DNA from: an uncultured Magnetococcales bacterium
GTDB lineage: Bacteria > Pseudomonadota > Alphaproteobacteria > UBA2136
Direction: 5' to 3'
DNA: 64,000 nt
Assembly (NCBI GenBank): GCA_963974105.1
Contig: CAXBBG010000005.1
Span: 62,717-126,716 of the forward strand
This document shows positions 61,185 through 64,000 of this stretch, piece after piece. Made by a program: the position numbers and the translations under genes. The stretch's first letter is position 1, and every line of letters begins with the position of its first letter. The notes beneath the pieces were generated by a model. The model was not told the origin of the DNA. It made no database searches and was given only the letters and a program-made list of their open reading frames with translations.

Positions 61185-61186
61185 TA

Positions 61187-62548
61187 TTAACGCGCGCCTT
61201 TTGCAGAACGTTTAAATTTAGATTTTTTCAACAAGCTATCGTAGCGTTGTGCAATCAGGTGAGATTGAATACGTTCAACCAAGTCAATTGTTACACTTAC
61301 AATAATCAACAAACTTGTACCACCCATCAAGTAAGCAGCATTTGCTGGAATGTTAAATTCACCCATAATAACTTGAGGCAAGTTACAAATAACGATCAAG
61401 TAAAGTGCACCCACAAATGTAATACGCTTTAAAATATAATCAAAGTAGTCAGCTGTAGCCTTACCTGGACGAATACCTGGAACAAAACCGTTTTGTTTTT
61501 TCAAGTTATCCGCTGCATCTTTAGAGTTGAATGAAACAGTCAACCACCAGAAACACATTGCCCCAAGGAACAGTGAAAAGATAACCATGTAAATTGGCTG
61601 ACCTGGAGTTACCCATACAGCCATCCATTGTGCCCAGTCAGCATTTGGATACATGTTCACCACACTTAACAGTGCCATCAAAATGGAGCTTGCAAAAATA
61701 GCAGGCATCACACCACCCATGTTTACCTTCAAAGGCATATGAGAAGCTTCAGAGCTACCCATCATGTTACGTTTTGGATATTGTACAAGAACGCGGCGAC
61801 GCGCAGTTTCCATAAATACCACAGCAAAAATTGTAATAAGCGCCACTGCAAATACAGCAATACCAATGTACCCCGCCACAGCACCAACGCGCATTTGTTC
61901 GATTGTTTGGTAAATAGCAGCTGGAAGTTCAGCAACGATACCAGCAAAAATCAACACCGAAATACCTTGGCCAATGCCACGGCTTGTAATTTGTTCACCA
62001 AGCCACATCAAAAACATTGTTCCTGTCATCAATGTGAAAGCCGCTTGCAATTTAAACATCATACCAGCAGTCACAATAAGACTTACTGTTTCGTTACCAA
62101 ACGTTGCTGTCTGGTGTTCCCAACCTGTTGCATATCCAAAACCTTGGCCAAATGCAATCAGCAGAGTTAAATATCGTGTGTACTGCGTAATTTTACGCTG
62201 TCCCATTTCACCTTCTTTTTTCATATCAGCAAGTGCTGGATATGCGTAAGAAAGAAGTTGCATAATAATAGAGGCACTAATGTAGGGCATAACACCCAAT
62301 GAGAAAATAGCCATACGGCTCATCGCCCCACCTGTAAACATGTTCAACATGTCCATAATACCGCCAGTAGAAGGTGTATTCACCTGTGAAAGTGTCAACG
62401 CATCAACGCCAGGAATTGGGATATGTGTCCCTAAACGAAAAACGATCAAAGCACCCAAAACAAAAAGAATACGCTTTTGAAGTTCACCAGACTTCGCTAG
62501 TAAACCTGCCATTTCTGCTTTATTACCCATAGATGATGTTGTTGCCAT
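61187..62548 (-). CDS. secY: preprotein translocase SecY
   Basis: LGVMPYISASII, WLGEQIT..GIG.G.S, PGIRPG, GGTSLLI.V. Confidence 0.98.
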   Translation of the reverse strand: MATTSSMGNKAEMAGLLAKSGELQKRILFVLGALIVFRLGTHIPIPGVDALTLSQVNTPSTGGIMDMLNMFTGGAMSRMAIFSLGVMPYISASIIMQLLSYAYPALADMKKEGEMGQRKITQYTRYLTLLIAFGQGFGYATGWEHQTATFGNETVSLIVTAGMMFKLQAAFTLMTGTMFLMWLGEQITSRGIGQGISVLIFAGIVAELPAAIYQTIEQMRVGAVAGYIGIAVFAVALITIFAVVFMETARRRVLVQYPKRNMMGSSEASHMPLKVNMGGVMPAIFASSILMALLSVVNMYPNADWAQWMAVWVTPGQPIYMVIFSLFLGAMCFWWLTVSFNSKDAADNLKKQNGFVPGIRPGKATADYFDYILKRITFVGALYLIVICNLPQVIMGEFNIPANAAYLMGGTSLLIIVSVTIDLVERIQSHLIAQRYDSLLKKSKFKRSAKGAR

Positions 62549-62633
62549 TTATTTTTTCCTACTCGGTATTTTATTCATTCTTTAAAGTAACGCACCCCCT
62601 CCACGCAAGCGCAGAGGGTCTACGTTATATTGA

Positions 62634-63143
62634 TTAGCGATCAGCTTTTTTCTTAAGCTTCACACCGCTCATGTCTGGTTTTGGAGCTGCAATGTTCAAC
62701 TTACCACCAGCTTTTTCGATCTTCTCGATAGCTGATTTAGTTGCATGCTTCGCTTCAACTGTAAATTTAACAGTAACATCACCGTTACCTAAAACTTTTA
62801 GACCATCATGTGCTTTTTTAGTGTAACCACAAGCTTGTAGAGCTTCAATCGTTACAGGCTTAGACGCGTCCAAACGACCACTTTGAGCTAAAAACTCAAG
62901 ATCACCAACATTAATTGTTGTGTAAACTGTACGGAAGTTGAAGTTGTTAAAACCACGCATTGGTAAACGACGGTATAGAGGGTTTTGTCCACCTTCAAAA
63001 CCAATAAAGATTTTACCACCACTACGAGATCCTAGACCTTTTTGTCCACGTCCAGAAGTCTTACCTTTTGAACCTTCACCGCGACCTACGCGTTCGTTTG
63101 GTTTTCTTGCGCCTTTGTTATCAGCTAATTCATTTAATTTCAT
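62634..63143 (-). CDS. rplO: 50S ribosomal protein L15
   Basis: RVGRG.GS..GKTSGRG.KG..SR, FEGGQNPLYRRLP. Confidence 0.97.
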   Translation of the reverse strand: MKLNELADNKGARKPNERVGRGEGSKGKTSGRGQKGLGSRSGGKIFIGFEGGQNPLYRRLPMRGFNNFNFRTVYTTINVGDLEFLAQSGRLDASKPVTIEALQACGYTKKAHDGLKVLGNGDVTVKFTVEAKHATKSAIEKIEKAGGKLNIAAPKPDMSGVKLKKKADR

Positions 63144-63217
63144 GACTCGGTTTCCCTTTTGCCAGTTATTTATTTAATTGATTTGCAGGGCGCCCGTAGG
63201 CGCCACACAAACGATAC

Positions 63218-63409
63218 TTACTTAGTTTCGATAATTTCTACAAGGTGAGAAACTTTGTTGATCATTCCACGTACTGATGGAGTATCTTCTAAAGTGCGCT
63301 CACGGTGCATTTTATTCAAACCTAAACCTTTAAGTGTTGCAGCTTGGTCTTTTTTGCGTCCAATTGAACTACCAATTTGCTTCACAGTGATTGTTTTCTT
63401 AGCAACCAT
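63218..63409 (-). CDS. rpmD: 50S ribosomal protein L30
   Basis: [26 protein letters not shown]. Confidence 0.96.
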   Translation of the reverse strand: MVAKKTITVKQIGSSIGRKKDQAATLKGLGLNKMHRERTLEDTPSVRGMINKVSHLVEIIETK

Positions 63410-64000
63410 TATTTAGTCCCCTCTGCTTTCTTAGCATCCTTTTTAGGTGCTGCTTTTTTAGCAGGCGCCTTTTTAGCAGGAGCTTCTTTTGTTTCAACTG
63501 CAGCAGTTGTTTCAGCAGGAGCTGCAACTTTTTGTGCTTCAGTTTGCTCACGGAAACGTGTAAAGTCAGAAACTTTTTTACCGCGCTTAGATGCGATACC
63601 ACGTGGAGTTTGTAGCTTTTCAAACGCAGCAAAAGTTGCTTGAATCATGTTGTAAGGGTTGTTAGAACCAAGTGACTTTGTCACAACGTCTTTAATACCA
63701 ACCGCTTCAAACACAGCACGCATTGGACCACCAGCAATAATACCGCGACCAGGCTGAGCTGAACGCATCATTACGTTTGATGCACCAAATTGACCCTTGA
63801 TGTCATGGTGAATTGTACGACCGTCACGCATAGGTACACGGATCATCTTCTTCTTCGCAACGTCTGTAGCCTTACGGATAGCTTCAGGAACTTCCTTAGC
63901 TTTACCAGAACCCCAGCCCACGCGACCGTTTTCATCACCTACTACAACGATAGCAGAGAAAGAGAAACGACGACCACCTTTTACAACTTTAGCAACACGG
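63409..64000 (-). CDS. rpsE: 30S ribosomal protein S5 (5' end outside the window) with Ala/Lys/Pro-rich tail
   Basis: [22 protein letters not shown] read at the window end; [18 protein letters not shown]. Confidence 0.97.
   Translation of the reverse strand, partial: RVAKVVKGGRRFSFSAIVVVGDENGRVGWGSGKAKEVPEAIRKATDVAKKKMIRVPMRDGRTIHHDIKGQFGASNVMMRSAQPGRGIIAGGPMRAVFEAVGIKDVVTKSLGSNNPYNMIQATFAAFEKLQTPRGIASKRGKKVSDFTRFREQTEAQKVAAPAETTAAVETKEAPAKKAPAKKAAPKKDAKKAEGTK

Overview
AT-rich bacterial chromosomal window, most likely from an uncultured and possibly deep-branching alphaproteobacterium. This is inferred from gene order: pdhA-pdhB-pdhC-lpdA, lipB beside tRNA-Leu(GAG), recO-parC, amiC divergent from rne, bamE/yceD/rpmF/fabH/ihfA/merR, and rpsM-rpsK-rpoA without rpsD. 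Core blocks are the PDH operon (1-6.4 kb), lipB-mgtE-maeB (26.8-32.7 kb), parC to bamE (36.5-55.5 kb) and the end of the spc/alpha ribosomal operon (57.5-64 kb). An accessory region (about 6.6-26.6 kb) ends at the 3' end of tRNA-Leu. Its distal part (18.4-26.6 kb) is the most unusual: unrelated single genes in mixed orientation are separated by three copies of a 52-bp direct repeat and two copies of a 106-bp direct repeat, with no recombinase in the window. It also holds a decayed E. coli-like tmRNA 3' half and two divergently oriented secreted proteins that share a Cys/Trp triple-repeat N-terminus (including a perfect 49-bp inverted repeat) but have different C-terminal domains. Other oddities are three IDI-like Nudix domains and a flavin oxidoreductase inside the PDH operon, a decayed tRNA-Pro, two GspG-like pilins with an atypical N-terminus (one apparently starting at ATT), and infA plus a type-B rpmJ between adk and rpsM. 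All family assignments come from motif recognition by eye; no searches were run.
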